Positions 9,889 through 20,023 of a stretch of 32,000 nucleotides of DNA are shown piece by piece; within the stretch, counting starts at the first letter, position 1; every line of letters begins with the position of its first letter. This DNA comes from Moritella sp. JT01 (GTDB lineage: Bacteria > Pseudomonadota > Gammaproteobacteria > Enterobacterales > Moritellaceae): the NCBI RefSeq assembly GCF_001574435.1, contig NZ_LOCN01000033.1, positions 6,408-38,407 of the forward strand, given 5' to 3'. The position numbers and the translations under genes are program-made. The notes beneath the pieces are model-generated. The model was not told where the DNA came from. It was given only the letters and a program-made list of their open reading frames with translations, and ran no database searches.

Positions 9889-11775
9889 ATGACAGGTTAT
9901 TTCATTCAAGCATTCGTCTACCTGTTTGCTGCGGTTATCGCCGTACCGATTGCCAAACGTCTTGGGCTGGGCTCGGTACTCGGTTATTTAATTGCCGGGG
10001 TTATCATAGGCCCAGTGACAGGGCTAGTCGGCAGTGAAGCCGCTACCATCCAGCATTTCGCTGAGTTTGGTGTAGTGATGATGCTATTTCTGGTGGGCCT
10101 AGAACTAGAACCCCGTATGCTCTGGGATATGCGTCATCGTCTTATTGGTTTAGGTGGTTTACAAGTTGGTTTAACGACGGCTGCAGTAATGGGGATCTGC
10201 CTTGTGCTTAATTTAGACTGGGGTCTGGCCCTCACTATTGGTTTAGTATTCTCACTGTCCTCAACCGCGATCGTATTACAAACCTTTAACGAAAAAGGCC
10301 TGACCAAAACCGAAGGCGCGCGCTCTGCATTCTCGGTATTACTGTTTCAAGATATCGCCGTGATCCCGATGCTGGCGCTAATCCCATTATTAGCCATTCC
10401 TGAACTGGTTGAACAAGCACAAAATGCCGTACAAGCAGCCAGTGCGCAGCATGAAGAATTATCCTTAGTCGCCAATATTTCCGGCATTTATTATGCCCTA
10501 GTGATCATAGTGGCCATCACCGGCGTAGTTGTCGGAGGCCATTACTTAAGTCGTCCATTATTTAAATTTGTGGCAAGTTCTAAAGTACCTGAGATCTTTA
10601 CCGCTACCTCATTAATGCTGGTCATTGGTATTGCTGCCATTATGAACTTAGTGGGTCTGTCCCCTGCTCTGGGTGCATTCTTAGCCGGTGTAGTATTAGC
10701 AACCAGTGAATTTAGACACCAGTTAGAAGCCACCATCAAACCATTCAAAGGGCTATTACTGGGGTTATTCTTTATGACCGTGGGCGCTGGTATTGATTTT
10801 AATATCTTGTTTAACGAAACCAGTACCATTTTATCCATTACCGTCGCCTTAATGTTAGTCAAAGGCTTAGTGCTGTTTATCTTAACCTTAGTCTTTAAGA
10901 TCAAAGGCAGTGACCGTTGGTTATTAGCACTAAGCTTGGCGCAAGCAGGTGAATTTGGCTTTGTATTAATCGGCTTTACCGTGAACAATCATGTACTACC
11001 GATTGATTTAGCACAGACCTTATCATTATCTGTTGCCCTGTCTATGTTCTTAACACCCGCGTTATTTATCTTTTATGACCGCGTGATCCTGCCCCGCTAT
11101 GTTGATAAAACCAATCAACAAGCAAGCGATGATATCGATGAACACGGTGATGTGATCGTGGCAGGCATCGGCCGTTTCGGCCAAATTGTCAATCGGCTGT
11201 TAGTGGCCAACGGCGTAAAAACTGTGGTGCTGGATCATGACGTCAGTATGATCCAAAGAGTGCGTTCATTTAACATGAAGAGTTATTTTGGTGACGCGAC
11301 TCAGCCAAGTTTGCTAGAAACAGCGGGGATCGCTAACGCCAGCTTATTCATCGTCGCCATTGATGATAAAGCCAGAGCCGTTGATCTCGTACGTTACATC
11401 AAGCAACATTATCCACAAGTCAAAATATTAGCGCGTGCTTATGACCGTGGCCATGGTTATTCTCTGCGTCATGCAGGGGCAGATCATGTGGTCAGTGAGA
11501 CCTATCATTCAGCCTTAATCCTTGGAACACACGCGCTGGCTAATCTGGGTTTCAGTGAACAACAAGCAAAAGACGTAAAGCTCACCTTTAAAGAAATAGA
11601 AAAACAAAGTAAAGCAACCTTGTATCAAACTTGGTTGAATAACAGTGAAGACGACAAGTTTAATACCGCTTATCGTGACCTGTATTTACAACTTGAAGAT
11701 AGCTTAGCAGACGTAATGAAAAATCGAGACAAGCCTGTAACACCGCTAAATAACGACATAGATAAGGCAGAATAG
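9889..11775 (+). CDS. CPA2-family monovalent cation:proton antiporter / K+ efflux protein of KefB/KefC type with C-terminal RCK (KTN) domain
   Basis: 628 aa with SD AGGAAG. The N-terminal about 400 aa are polytopic (Na+/H+ exchanger-like). A Rossmann motif VIVAGIGRFGQIV follows. Length and architecture match KefB/KefC. Confidence 0.85.
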   Translation: MTGYFIQAFVYLFAAVIAVPIAKRLGLGSVLGYLIAGVIIGPVTGLVGSEAATIQHFAEFGVVMMLFLVGLELEPRMLWDMRHRLIGLGGLQVGLTTAAVMGICLVLNLDWGLALTIGLVFSLSSTAIVLQTFNEKGLTKTEGARSAFSVLLFQDIAVIPMLALIPLLAIPELVEQAQNAVQAASAQHEELSLVANISGIYYALVIIVAITGVVVGGHYLSRPLFKFVASSKVPEIFTATSLMLVIGIAAIMNLVGLSPALGAFLAGVVLATSEFRHQLEATIKPFKGLLLGLFFMTVGAGIDFNILFNETSTILSITVALMLVKGLVLFILTLVFKIKGSDRWLLALSLAQAGEFGFVLIGFTVNNHVLPIDLAQTLSLSVALSMFLTPALFIFYDRVILPRYVDKTNQQASDDIDEHGDVIVAGIGRFGQIVNRLLVANGVKTVVLDHDVSMIQRVRSFNMKSYFGDATQPSLLETAGIANASLFIVAIDDKARAVDLVRYIKQHYPQVKILARAYDRGHGYSLRHAGADHVVSETYHSALILGTHALANLGFSEQQAKDVKLTFKEIEKQSKATLYQTWLNNSEDDKFNTAYRDLYLQLEDSLADVMKNRDKPVTPLNNDIDKAE

Positions 11776-11780
11776 AGAGT

Positions 11781-12251
11781 ATGACTCCAGCAGTAAAATT
11801 AGCTAAAAAAGCAAAAATAGCCCACAAAACCCATGAATATAAACACGATTCGAATGCAGAATCTTATGGTTTAGAAGCAGCAGATAAGATGTCCGTCGCC
11901 GCCGAACGCATATTCAAAACACTGGTAGTGGATGTCGGTGATAAGAAACTCGTTGTTGCAGTTGTACCAGTAACAGCAATGCTTAATTTAAAAGCCATTG
12001 CCAAAGCAGCAAAAGCTAAAAAAGCGGTCATGGCAGATAAAAATGATGTAATGCGCTCGACCGGTTACGTACTTGGTGGGGTTAGTCCATTGGGACAAAA
12101 GAAACGCTTATTCACTGTCATTGATAACTCAGCACAAACACATGAGACAATCTATGTCAGTGCGGGCCGTCGCGGCTTAGAGATCGAATTAAGCCCGTTA
12201 GACCTAAAGCAGCTAACCAATGCTGAGTTTGCTGCGATTAGCAGTGACTAA
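11781..12251 (+). CDS. ybaK: Cys-tRNA(Pro)/Cys-tRNA(Cys) deacylase YbaK
   Basis: 156 aa. The N-terminus MTPAVKL and the core STGYVLGGVSPLGQKKRL closely match recalled E. coli YbaK (MTPAVKL..., STGYLVGGISPLGQKKRL). Confidence 0.88.
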   Translation: MTPAVKLAKKAKIAHKTHEYKHDSNAESYGLEAADKMSVAAERIFKTLVVDVGDKKLVVAVVPVTAMLNLKAIAKAAKAKKAVMADKNDVMRSTGYVLGGVSPLGQKKRLFTVIDNSAQTHETIYVSAGRRGLEIELSPLDLKQLTNAEFAAISSD

Positions 12252-12315
12252 TGATGAATAGTGGTAATCCGTGAATAATAAAGTCTATTATCAATTTCTA
12301 TCAGCAAAAATAACA

Positions 12316-12350
12316 ATAGCCCAGTAAACCGTTTTACTGGGCTATTTTGT
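12316..12350. terminator. Bidirectional intrinsic terminator between ybaK and the porin gene
   Basis: Perfect 13-bp stem ATAGCCCAGTAAA / TTTACTGGGCTAT with a 4-nt loop. It is flanked by an A-run upstream and TTTGT downstream. Confidence 0.8.
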
Positions 12351-12376
12351 ATGAAATTTAAATAGTAGGTAATTAA

Positions 12377-13378
12377 CTAGAAGTCATATCGCGCAGCCAT
12401 ATGCCACTGATCTTCATCATCAGCAACATCTAAAATGACATATTCAGTCACCACGCGTAAATTTTGATTAAACTTATAAGCAAGACCAAATGCGGTTTCA
12501 TCAACGGTATTATTACTTATATTATCCGTATCACGTTGTTTATAAGTAAAGGTGCCTGTTATTTTATCCAAGGTGTAAGCGAGGGATAACTCATAGGCAG
12601 TCCAATCATCTGAATTCTTAATAGATGCGTTATTTGGTGTATCAACAGAGGTACTATCCCCAACAATAGAGGCGGTTAACCCTTGGTACTTATAACGTGC
12701 GGCAAATAGGAAGGTGGATCTATCATAATCTAGGTCGATACTATAATCTTCTATCATGACACCTGTATAGGTTGCCCCTAGCTCCAGACCGAAATCAAAC
12801 CCATAAACCCCCCCTACTGAATAACTGGATTGACTATCGTTGCCACTGCCACCATCATCACTGGATTCAGGTTGAATATGTGCCACTAAATTAAGGGCAT
12901 CATCAAGCATCTTGGTTTCTAGTTTTAAAATATTGGTTTGTCTATTTAAGTTACCTATAGCGGGATTGCCTGAATAGTTAGTGGTACCAGCATCGGCCCA
13001 ATCCGCAATGATTTCATCTGCGGCATAGTTACGACCAAAGGTCAGCTGTCCCCAATCATTTTTTAATCCCGCATAAATCAAACGCGTTTTAGAGGTTGAA
13101 TTAGCGTCACTCTTGTCTCTGGATTCAAATTGCATCTCAATATGCGCAAGTGCATTTAAATCCTCCGTTAAATTTGAAGAGGCCTTAAAACCAGTACGAA
13201 AATAGCTATCTGAGCGACCATCACTTTTTTTACCTTTACCATCTTGGTAAATATAAGCGGCATAAGCACGGCCATACAAATCAACCAGGTGAGCATCATC
13301 TTTGTATACATTAACAGAAGCTTGTACCGTCGGAACAAGACTAGCTAGTATTGCTGTTACTAATAATGTCTTTTTCAT
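12377..13378 (-). CDS. Outer-membrane general porin (OmpC/OmpF-like beta-barrel)
   Basis: 333 aa with signal peptide MKKTLLVTAILASLVPTVQA and SD GGAAG. It shows an alternating hydrophobic beta-strand pattern, an N-terminal VYKDD...DLYGR motif and a C-terminal aromatic ...ARYDF. Confidence 0.8.
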   Translation of the reverse strand: MKKTLLVTAILASLVPTVQASVNVYKDDAHLVDLYGRAYAAYIYQDGKGKKSDGRSDSYFRTGFKASSNLTEDLNALAHIEMQFESRDKSDANSTSKTRLIYAGLKNDWGQLTFGRNYAADEIIADWADAGTTNYSGNPAIGNLNRQTNILKLETKMLDDALNLVAHIQPESSDDGGSGNDSQSSYSVGGVYGFDFGLELGATYTGVMIEDYSIDLDYDRSTFLFAARYKYQGLTASIVGDSTSVDTPNNASIKNSDDWTAYELSLAYTLDKITGTFTYKQRDTDNISNNTVDETAFGLAYKFNQNLRVVTEYVILDVADDEDQWHMAARYDF

Positions 13379-13548
13379 GATTCTTCCATGTCTATTAAAG
13401 TAAGTGTTTATCAGCCTTACAACTGGCGACTCAGTAAATATTAGTTCCTTAATGTAAAATTGATGTTCGATCAGATAATTTTATGCCAAAAAGTGAACCT
13501 CGTCTCATTATTCATGCGAATGAGTAGTAACAACTAACCGTATAAATG

Positions 13549-13585
13549 AAAAAGTCCCAGTAGATCGCTCTACTGGGACTTTTGC
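13549..13585 (-). terminator. Intrinsic terminator downstream of the NSS transporter gene
   Basis: 13-bp stem AAAGTCCCAGTAG / CTACTGGGACTTT. On the minus strand it is followed by a T-run (TTTTTC). Confidence 0.75.
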
Positions 13586-13613
13586 TTATTATCTATTGAG
13601 GCTCAGAGTATCA

Positions 13614-14981
13614 TTAAAGCGATGTACTGATTAATACGATAATTAAAACAGGGCAAACAAACTTCACATACAATGGCCATATTTTCCAGAAGATACCATT
13701 TACATCAGCACCATCTTGACCTTTTATTTCAGAAAGTAGGCTATTACGATGCCATACCCAACCCGTAAAGATCGCCAGACCTAAACATATAAGCGGTTGT
13801 ATCATTTCGGTTGATAGCGTAATCATTAAGCCAAACATTAAATCAAAATTAGTTACCACAACCATCGCTAATGTTGTCAGTGCAGCGCCAACAATCCAAG
13901 TTACTTTCTTACGTGACATCGCTGTTCTATCCGCGATATAACTGGTTGGCACTTCGACTACCGAAATTGCCGATGTTAATGCAGCTACTGACATCAACGC
14001 AAAGAAGATGATAGCCACAATATGCTCGACCGCGCCCATCGTCGCAAACAACGCTGGAAGTACTGTAAATACCAGTGTATCTGAACTTAGCAAGTTACCG
14101 TCAGCATCAAAGATAATGACACCATTATGCTTAGCTACATACATAGCTGGCAGGATTAACATCGCGGCTAAGAAGGCTACTCCTGTATCTATAAAGGTTA
14201 CCTGTACCGCTAACTTACTGATGTTTTCTTTTGGTTTAAGGTATGAGCCGTAAATCATCATCACCCCGGTACCAATAGATAACGAAAAGAATGTCTGACC
14301 AAGCGCTCCAATGAGTACATCTGAGTGCATTATTTTTTCAAAATCAACCGTAAATAACGCCGCAACACCTTCACTCGCACCGGGTTGAAACAAGATATAA
14401 ATCACGCTTGCAATCAAGATAGAAAATAATAATGGCATTAAACGCTTTGACCATTTTTCAATGCCATCTTGTACGCCTTTTTGAATCACATAAATAGACA
14501 TCAATGTAAATACTAAGGTAAATACGATATTACGAGATAATGAGAAATCGATTAACCAACGGCTTGCCTCTTCAGCACCAACCATAGCCGCAATAGGTGC
14601 CAGTGTGTTACTGACGAACCAGCCAGAAAGTATGGCATAGAAACTGAATATCATCACCGCACAGATAATTGACGCGAGACCAATCAAACGACCAATCATT
14701 TTTGTTGCAGAAGATCGGCCTAGTTTAGCCATCGCATCTGCTGGATTAGTTTGACCATGACGGCCCACCATTAGCTCAGCAACTAACATAGGGTAACCAA
14801 GTACAAAGATCAGAAACAGGTACACCATTAAAAACGCACCGCCGCCATTACTGGCCGCTTGCGTAGGGAACCCCCAGATATTACCAATACCAACAGCAGA
14901 ACCTGCCGCTGCCATTATAAAACCAAAGCGAGAACCAAAATGTCCTCGAGATGCACCATCATTATTCTGTATTGCAGCCAT
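13614..14981 (-). CDS. Sodium-dependent transporter, neurotransmitter:sodium symporter (NSS/SNF) family
   Basis: 455 aa and polytopic. It carries the NSS TM1 signature GFIMAAAGSAVGIGNIWGFP. Confidence 0.85.
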   Translation of the reverse strand: MAAIQNNDGASRGHFGSRFGFIMAAAGSAVGIGNIWGFPTQAASNGGGAFLMVYLFLIFVLGYPMLVAELMVGRHGQTNPADAMAKLGRSSATKMIGRLIGLASIICAVMIFSFYAILSGWFVSNTLAPIAAMVGAEEASRWLIDFSLSRNIVFTLVFTLMSIYVIQKGVQDGIEKWSKRLMPLLFSILIASVIYILFQPGASEGVAALFTVDFEKIMHSDVLIGALGQTFFSLSIGTGVMMIYGSYLKPKENISKLAVQVTFIDTGVAFLAAMLILPAMYVAKHNGVIIFDADGNLLSSDTLVFTVLPALFATMGAVEHIVAIIFFALMSVAALTSAISVVEVPTSYIADRTAMSRKKVTWIVGAALTTLAMVVVTNFDLMFGLMITLSTEMIQPLICLGLAIFTGWVWHRNSLLSEIKGQDGADVNGIFWKIWPLYVKFVCPVLIIVLISTSL

Positions 14982-15339
14982 TTATCCGTACCAAGTTTTA
15001 TAAATCCAATTAAGAATGGAATTTATACCTAAAAACACAGCAAAGGCAACAGTTTAAATCTACAAAACACCACAAAACCCAGCGTTTAACCCCCTTAACT
15101 TAAGTATTAAAGCAATAATTAACCAACAAAATTGTAAATATGCATTTTTAATTGCGCAAACATTATAAATTTATCTTTGAAATAGCAAGTGTTACCAATC
15201 TGCTTAAAACATAAAAAAATAGTACTCTAATCAAAGCCTCATCAAAACTGCTTACTATGCGTACTTAATGTATAAAATAATATTTTATACTCACCCTTAG
15301 TTAGTCGTAAAAATCATACAATATAAAATAAGGATATTT

Positions 15340-16629
15340 ATGTTAAGGAAAATAGCAGTCTTACTTGGGCTATACATGATTACCCCGGCCTTAATGGCAA
15401 TGAGCCAGGTACCCACGGAACGCCATACTATTATTCAATTCACCAATAGCACGCCACATACCCTGTATGCGTATATTGAAGCAGGTAATAATATCGAATT
15501 GTTAACAGCAGAAGTGCTGCCATTGAGTACCATTGATCTCGCTAACATTACCAGAATCGGCACTGACGATGACATTGCCATTTCACTCAGCAATGCAGAT
15601 TACAGCTTTAGCTTAACGCAGAGAGTGACTAACGGTGAACTTGCCTTTGGTATCGACAGTACTGAATTGACTATCGAACCACAAACGAAGGGCACGATTC
15701 AGCGTTTTGAGATCCAACTTGCCAGCAGAAAAAATACTATCGCCTTTAATAGTGAAAATCTAAACAAAGGTGGCAAGGTCAATTACGTATTACAGCTGCA
15801 TGATCAGAAACCAGCTATTGGACCAGGTAATGAATTTAGCTTATTAAGTTACAACATTTGGGCGACCACAATATTCGGTTCTAAAAAAGTAGATACACGC
15901 CTAACGGAAATGCCAGAAGTTATGTCTGGTTATGATGCCTTGGTACTCACAGAGGTCTTTGATCCAATTAGAACAAAAAAATTACTAAAACAGCTCAGTA
16001 AAGAATATAGCTTTACCAGCAGCGAAATATTCAAATTAGGAAAAATCATGCAGTCAGGTACGCGTATTTTAACGCCTTGGCCTGTAGAAGAAGAGAAAAG
16101 TCTAAAGTATACCAGTTGTAATGGTATTCAGTGTGCCGCAACCCGTGGTGTTATTTATGCCCGCATTAACAAGCAAGGTCACATTTACCATCTGTTTGCG
16201 ACCCACACCCAATCATCAGATGATGATAGCAACCGATCAGCACGTTTAGCCCAACTAGAAGAAATGGGAGCGTTTATTCGAGCACAAAATATCCCTGCTG
16301 ACGAAGCCGTCATTTTAGCGGGTGATTTCAACGTCAATAAAATAGGCTTACCCGGCGATCGTGATCAAATGGAATATATTCTTAATGCCACCGAACCTGA
16401 CAACAAAGGGCACAGCCTCTCTTTTGATTCCAATACTAACTATTGGGCAGAAAAACCTTATTTAGAATATCTTGATTACACACTAACAGGAAATGACCAT
16501 TTACAGCCAATCAGTGCAAGCCAAGAAATATTCGCGCCTCGCGTAGTAACCAAATCACTGTGGGAGATTTGGGACTTATCTGATCATTACGCAGCTCGCG
16601 GTTATTTTATCTACCCAATAGAGAAATAG
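15340..16629 (+). CDS. Secreted sphingomyelinase C-like phosphodiesterase (EEP superfamily) with about 165-aa N-terminal domain of unknown function
   Basis: 429 aa with signal peptide MLRKIAVLLGLYMITPALMA and SD AAGGA. From about aa 170 it aligns by eye with recalled Bacillus cereus SMase: SYNIW (HNVY), LVLTEVFD (VILNEVFD), ATHTQ (GTHLQ), AGDFNVNK (GGDMNVNK), EYLDYTL (EYLDYII) and LSDHY (YSDHY). All catalytic positions are conserved. Confidence 0.7.
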   Translation: MLRKIAVLLGLYMITPALMAMSQVPTERHTIIQFTNSTPHTLYAYIEAGNNIELLTAEVLPLSTIDLANITRIGTDDDIAISLSNADYSFSLTQRVTNGELAFGIDSTELTIEPQTKGTIQRFEIQLASRKNTIAFNSENLNKGGKVNYVLQLHDQKPAIGPGNEFSLLSYNIWATTIFGSKKVDTRLTEMPEVMSGYDALVLTEVFDPIRTKKLLKQLSKEYSFTSSEIFKLGKIMQSGTRILTPWPVEEEKSLKYTSCNGIQCAATRGVIYARINKQGHIYHLFATHTQSSDDDSNRSARLAQLEEMGAFIRAQNIPADEAVILAGDFNVNKIGLPGDRDQMEYILNATEPDNKGHSLSFDSNTNYWAEKPYLEYLDYTLTGNDHLQPISASQEIFAPRVVTKSLWEIWDLSDHYAARGYFIYPIEK

Positions 16630-16656
16630 CAGCATAATAAACTACTTATTAATATT

Positions 16657-16683
16657 TCAGCATCTATTCACTTTAGATGCTGA
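16657..16683 (+). terminator. Hairpin downstream of the sphingomyelinase-like gene (possible terminator, no T-run)
   Basis: Perfect 10-bp stem TCAGCATCTA / TAGATGCTGA with a 7-nt loop, 28 nt after the stop codon. It is followed by GATAACC rather than a U-tract. Confidence 0.4.
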
Positions 16684-17179
16684 GATAACCGCTTAAAACT
16701 CACAATTACTACTAGATGAATACTCAAAACTAGGCACCTCCACTATTTTTAACCTGAAACACTCAAAAGTAGCACTAAAATAAATTTGAGCCCCTTAATA
16801 CAAGTGTGATCTGTACATACAAAATAATTGCTAATTAATTGTTAAAACCCAATAAACTACCTATTTATAGCTACCCCTGTTGTTTTTTGATGACTACAGG
16901 AACAAGTGTAAAACTACAAAGCGCACCATTTAAAGCATAAAAAACTAAATATCCACTTTGAAAACTAAAAATGCAGAACAAACACAACTAATCGCTCAAC
17001 AAACACACAGGTACGAAGATTGTTAATAAAAAACACGTAAAACATCAAATTATTTTGATAAATACGGGTTATTTTTTATATTCAAAGCAAAAAAGCGATC
17101 TACATCACTTTAAATAAAATTCAGATCATTATCCTATGCATCAATTAAGATACAGCGCAATATTACAGGTGAAAGAGAA

Positions 17180-18520
17180 ATGTCAGAGCAAGCCACTACA
17201 ACAATCGCGAACAGCACTACGAATGCTGCTAAATGGAACAAAGCAGACACAGAATGGGTATTAAGTTTATTCGGCACAGCAGTAGGTGCTGGTGTTTTAT
17301 TCTTACCTATTAAAGCAGGTTTAGGTGGTTTTTGGCCGTTAGTATTTCTAGCATTGATTGCAGGCCCAATGACATGGTTCGCGCATAGATCACTTGCTCG
17401 CTTCGTTCTATCTTCAAAAAATCCAGATTCAGACATCACAGATGTTGTTGAAGAACATTTTGGTAAAGGCGCTGCAAAACTAATTACATTTGCTTATTTC
17501 TTTGCTATCTACCCTATCGTATTAATCTACGGTGTTGGTATTACAAATACATTTGAAAGTTTCATTGTTCACCAACTTGATATCTTCACTGAAATCCCAC
17601 GCCTAGCGGCTGATGGCGCACCGATGCTTACAGAAGCGGGTGTTCAAATCATGGATAAAGTAAGCGGTATCCCACGTTGGTTACTATCTGGTGGTCTAAT
17701 TTTAGCAATGACTGCACTGATTCTATACGGTAAAGACTTAATGCTTAAAGCAACGTCAGCATTAGTTTACCCACTAGTCATCATCTTATTCGGTCTATCA
17801 CTGTTCTTAATTCCGAGCTGGAATACAACGATGCTAACAGTTGTACCTGAAGCATCATCGTTCCTACCAGTTATCTGGTTATCGATTCCACTGATTGTGT
17901 TCTCATTCAACCACTCTCCAGTAATCAGCCAGTTTGCTAAAGCACAACGTAAATCTTACGGTGAAAACGCAGTAGCAAAATCAGACCTTATCTGTAAACG
18001 TGCAGGTCAAATGCTACTTGGTTTTGTAATGCTATTCGTATTCTCTTGTGTGTTATCACTATCACCAGAGCAACTAGCAGAAGCTAAAGCACAAAATATC
18101 TCAATCCTGTCTTACCTTGCAAACGTACATGACTCAGTATTAATTCAATACTTTGGTCCTTTCGTCGCATTCGCAGCGATTACTTCTAGCTACTTCGGTC
18201 ATTACCTAGGTGCTCAAGAAGGTCTAAACGGTCTAGTTAAACAAGTTATGCCGAAAGCATCAGAGAAGAAAATCGGTACATTCTCTATCGCATTCATCGT
18301 ACTAACTACATGGGCTGTAGCGATTATCAACCCAAGTGTACTCGGTCTTATTGAAACAATCGGCGCACCAATGATTGCAGCTATCTTGTTCTTAATGCCT
18401 ATGATTGCTATCAAGAAAGTACCTGCGATGCAAAAATATGCTAGCGATAAAGCAGCAAACATCTTTGTTACTATCTGTGGTCTACTCGCTATCACTTCAG
18501 TTATCTACGGCGCACTATAA
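17180..18520 (+). CDS. sdaC: Serine/threonine transporter of the HAAAP family (SdaC/TdcC-like)
   Basis: 446 aa. Long collinear matches to recalled E. coli Sda[89 protein letters not shown] and [15 protein letters not shown]. Confidence 0.85.
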   Translation: MSEQATTTIANSTTNAAKWNKADTEWVLSLFGTAVGAGVLFLPIKAGLGGFWPLVFLALIAGPMTWFAHRSLARFVLSSKNPDSDITDVVEEHFGKGAAKLITFAYFFAIYPIVLIYGVGITNTFESFIVHQLDIFTEIPRLAADGAPMLTEAGVQIMDKVSGIPRWLLSGGLILAMTALILYGKDLMLKATSALVYPLVIILFGLSLFLIPSWNTTMLTVVPEASSFLPVIWLSIPLIVFSFNHSPVISQFAKAQRKSYGENAVAKSDLICKRAGQMLLGFVMLFVFSCVLSLSPEQLAEAKAQNISILSYLANVHDSVLIQYFGPFVAFAAITSSYFGHYLGAQEGLNGLVKQVMPKASEKKIGTFSIAFIVLTTWAVAIINPSVLGLIETIGAPMIAAILFLMPMIAIKKVPAMQKYASDKAANIFVTICGLLAITSVIYGAL

Positions 18521-18577
18521 ACCGCTGTTACTGTAACTTAAGTACTACTATTAACGGTACTTAAGTTAATAAAAAAC

Positions 18578-18608
18578 GAAACCGGTGAGTCATCTCACCG
18601 GTTTTTTT
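18578..18608 (+). terminator. Intrinsic terminator of sdaC
   Basis: Stem GAAACCGGTGAG / CTCACCGGTTTT with a 4-nt loop, followed by a T7 run. Confidence 0.85.
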
Positions 18609-18813
18609 GTGTCTGAATTTCTAGCGCAATACCTGCGTGATCTTGATACTCGCCTCCACAACTATTTGGCGTGCCATATCAGTATAGTCATGGCCCCTCC
18701 AAAAACATTAATTAAAGCACTGATTTTATACAAAAACATATAAAATTTAATTAACGACTACAAGTAGTATTTTGTTATAGTTTTATGGATTAATGTGTAA
18801 ACAAGGACATCAC

Positions 18814-19998
18814 ATGCCAATAATGATGACATTTTTATCAAATAGTGGATTTTTCTTAATTTGGCCTCTTACCGCCACATTTATAAATCAACATTATGAT
18901 GTAACTCAAATGACGATTGGTTTTTTGATGGCTTTACTCCCGCTAACGAGCTTTTTGTGTTCATTTTTATTTACGAGTAAATTATCAGCTACAAGATATG
19001 AGATTGGATTTATATTATCATCGGCACTACTCGCAATTAATTCGTTATTATTATTTAACAATAACAACATCGTTATATTTTCATTATCAATTGTACTATT
19101 AGGAATATCCCATTCTTTAATTTCCATGTTCTCGAAATTAACCATATCTGCTTATAAAAATGAAAATAAAAGGAAAAAGTATTTTGGGCATTTATTTTAT
19201 GCAACAAATGTATCCGCATTCTCATCGCCATTAATTATATTTTTCTCTAGCGAACTAGACTTTAACTATACAAAAAATATAATACTATTATTAGGTCTTG
19301 TCATGCTTACCTTCGCTATGCTTAATTTAGTATTTGGTAAACAATTGAAGATAGAAAAAAGTAAAGAGACAAGCATGATAGACAGTTTTAACTGTTTAAA
19401 AAAAGACAGGTTTTTAAGGCTAATAGTTCTATTAAACATATTGATAACTATGGTTTATTCTTTTATAGATGCACCATTAATTAACACACTAATTGACTTG
19501 AAAATACAAGATCCCGAAAAATTATTCTCTCTGATACTTTCAACTGCAGCAATATTTATATTAGTGCTCTACTACCCAATACAAAGTATGATTAAAAATT
19601 TAAATACCACATTAAAAATGGCATATGGCTGTGTACTATTGTTAATTTCTCAAATAGCATTTCACTTTTGTTTACACTATAACCCAGACCAATATATCTA
19701 TATATACATCATACCATCAATAATAATGAGCATTGCTGAATGCATTATATTCTCAAGCACAAATCCACAAATCCTTGAGTTGTCACCAAATAATGAAAGA
19801 GGTGCTTACCTTGGCGCCTCATCGCTTTATAGTAGCGGTACATTTTTAGCCCCTATTATGGGCGCATTAATTATTACCCATCTAGGTTCTAATTACGTAT
19901 TTATCTCAACGAGTATCATTACAATTATTGTTGCTTATGCTTATTATTTTATCTATTCAAATAAGATCTTCTCATCTCAAACAACAAAGGTATTTTAG
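18814..19998 (+). CDS. MFS-type membrane transporter, substrate unknown; strongly AT-rich orphan gene
   Basis: The track ORF is 18793..19998. I prefer the ATG at 18814, which has AAGGA 5-9 nt upstream. The protein has about 12 predicted hydrophobic segments and an MFS-like ERGAYLGASSLYSSGTFLAPIMG stretch near the C-terminus. Two 60-nt lines counted by hand (19021-, 19441-) gave 16/60 G+C each, well below the neighbours. Confidence 0.6.
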   Translation: MPIMMTFLSNSGFFLIWPLTATFINQHYDVTQMTIGFLMALLPLTSFLCSFLFTSKLSATRYEIGFILSSALLAINSLLLFNNNNIVIFSLSIVLLGISHSLISMFSKLTISAYKNENKRKKYFGHLFYATNVSAFSSPLIIFFSSELDFNYTKNIILLLGLVMLTFAMLNLVFGKQLKIEKSKETSMIDSFNCLKKDRFLRLIVLLNILITMVYSFIDAPLINTLIDLKIQDPEKLFSLILSTAAIFILVLYYPIQSMIKNLNTTLKMAYGCVLLLISQIAFHFCLHYNPDQYIYIYIIPSIIMSIAECIIFSSTNPQILELSPNNERGAYLGASSLYSSGTFLAPIMGALIITHLGSNYVFISTSIITIIVAYAYYFIYSNKIFSSQTTKVF

Positions 19999-20023
19999 CT
20001 GTAGAAAGAGGATGAGCGTTCTG

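Noticed and set aside
10542-10988. 148-aa minus-strand ORF
   Set aside because: It is antisense inside the CPA2 antiporter gene and has no independent support.
17134-17439. 101-aa minus-strand ORF overlapping the sdaC start
   Set aside because: It is antisense to the well-supported sdaC N-terminus and is a shadow ORF.
18610-18750. Possible gene remnant or small ORF (GTG-initiated, about 46 aa) between the sdaC terminator and the MFS gene
   Set aside because: It starts inside the terminator T-run and has no SD or recognisable similarity. It might be a scar of deleted DNA, but I cannot support any call.
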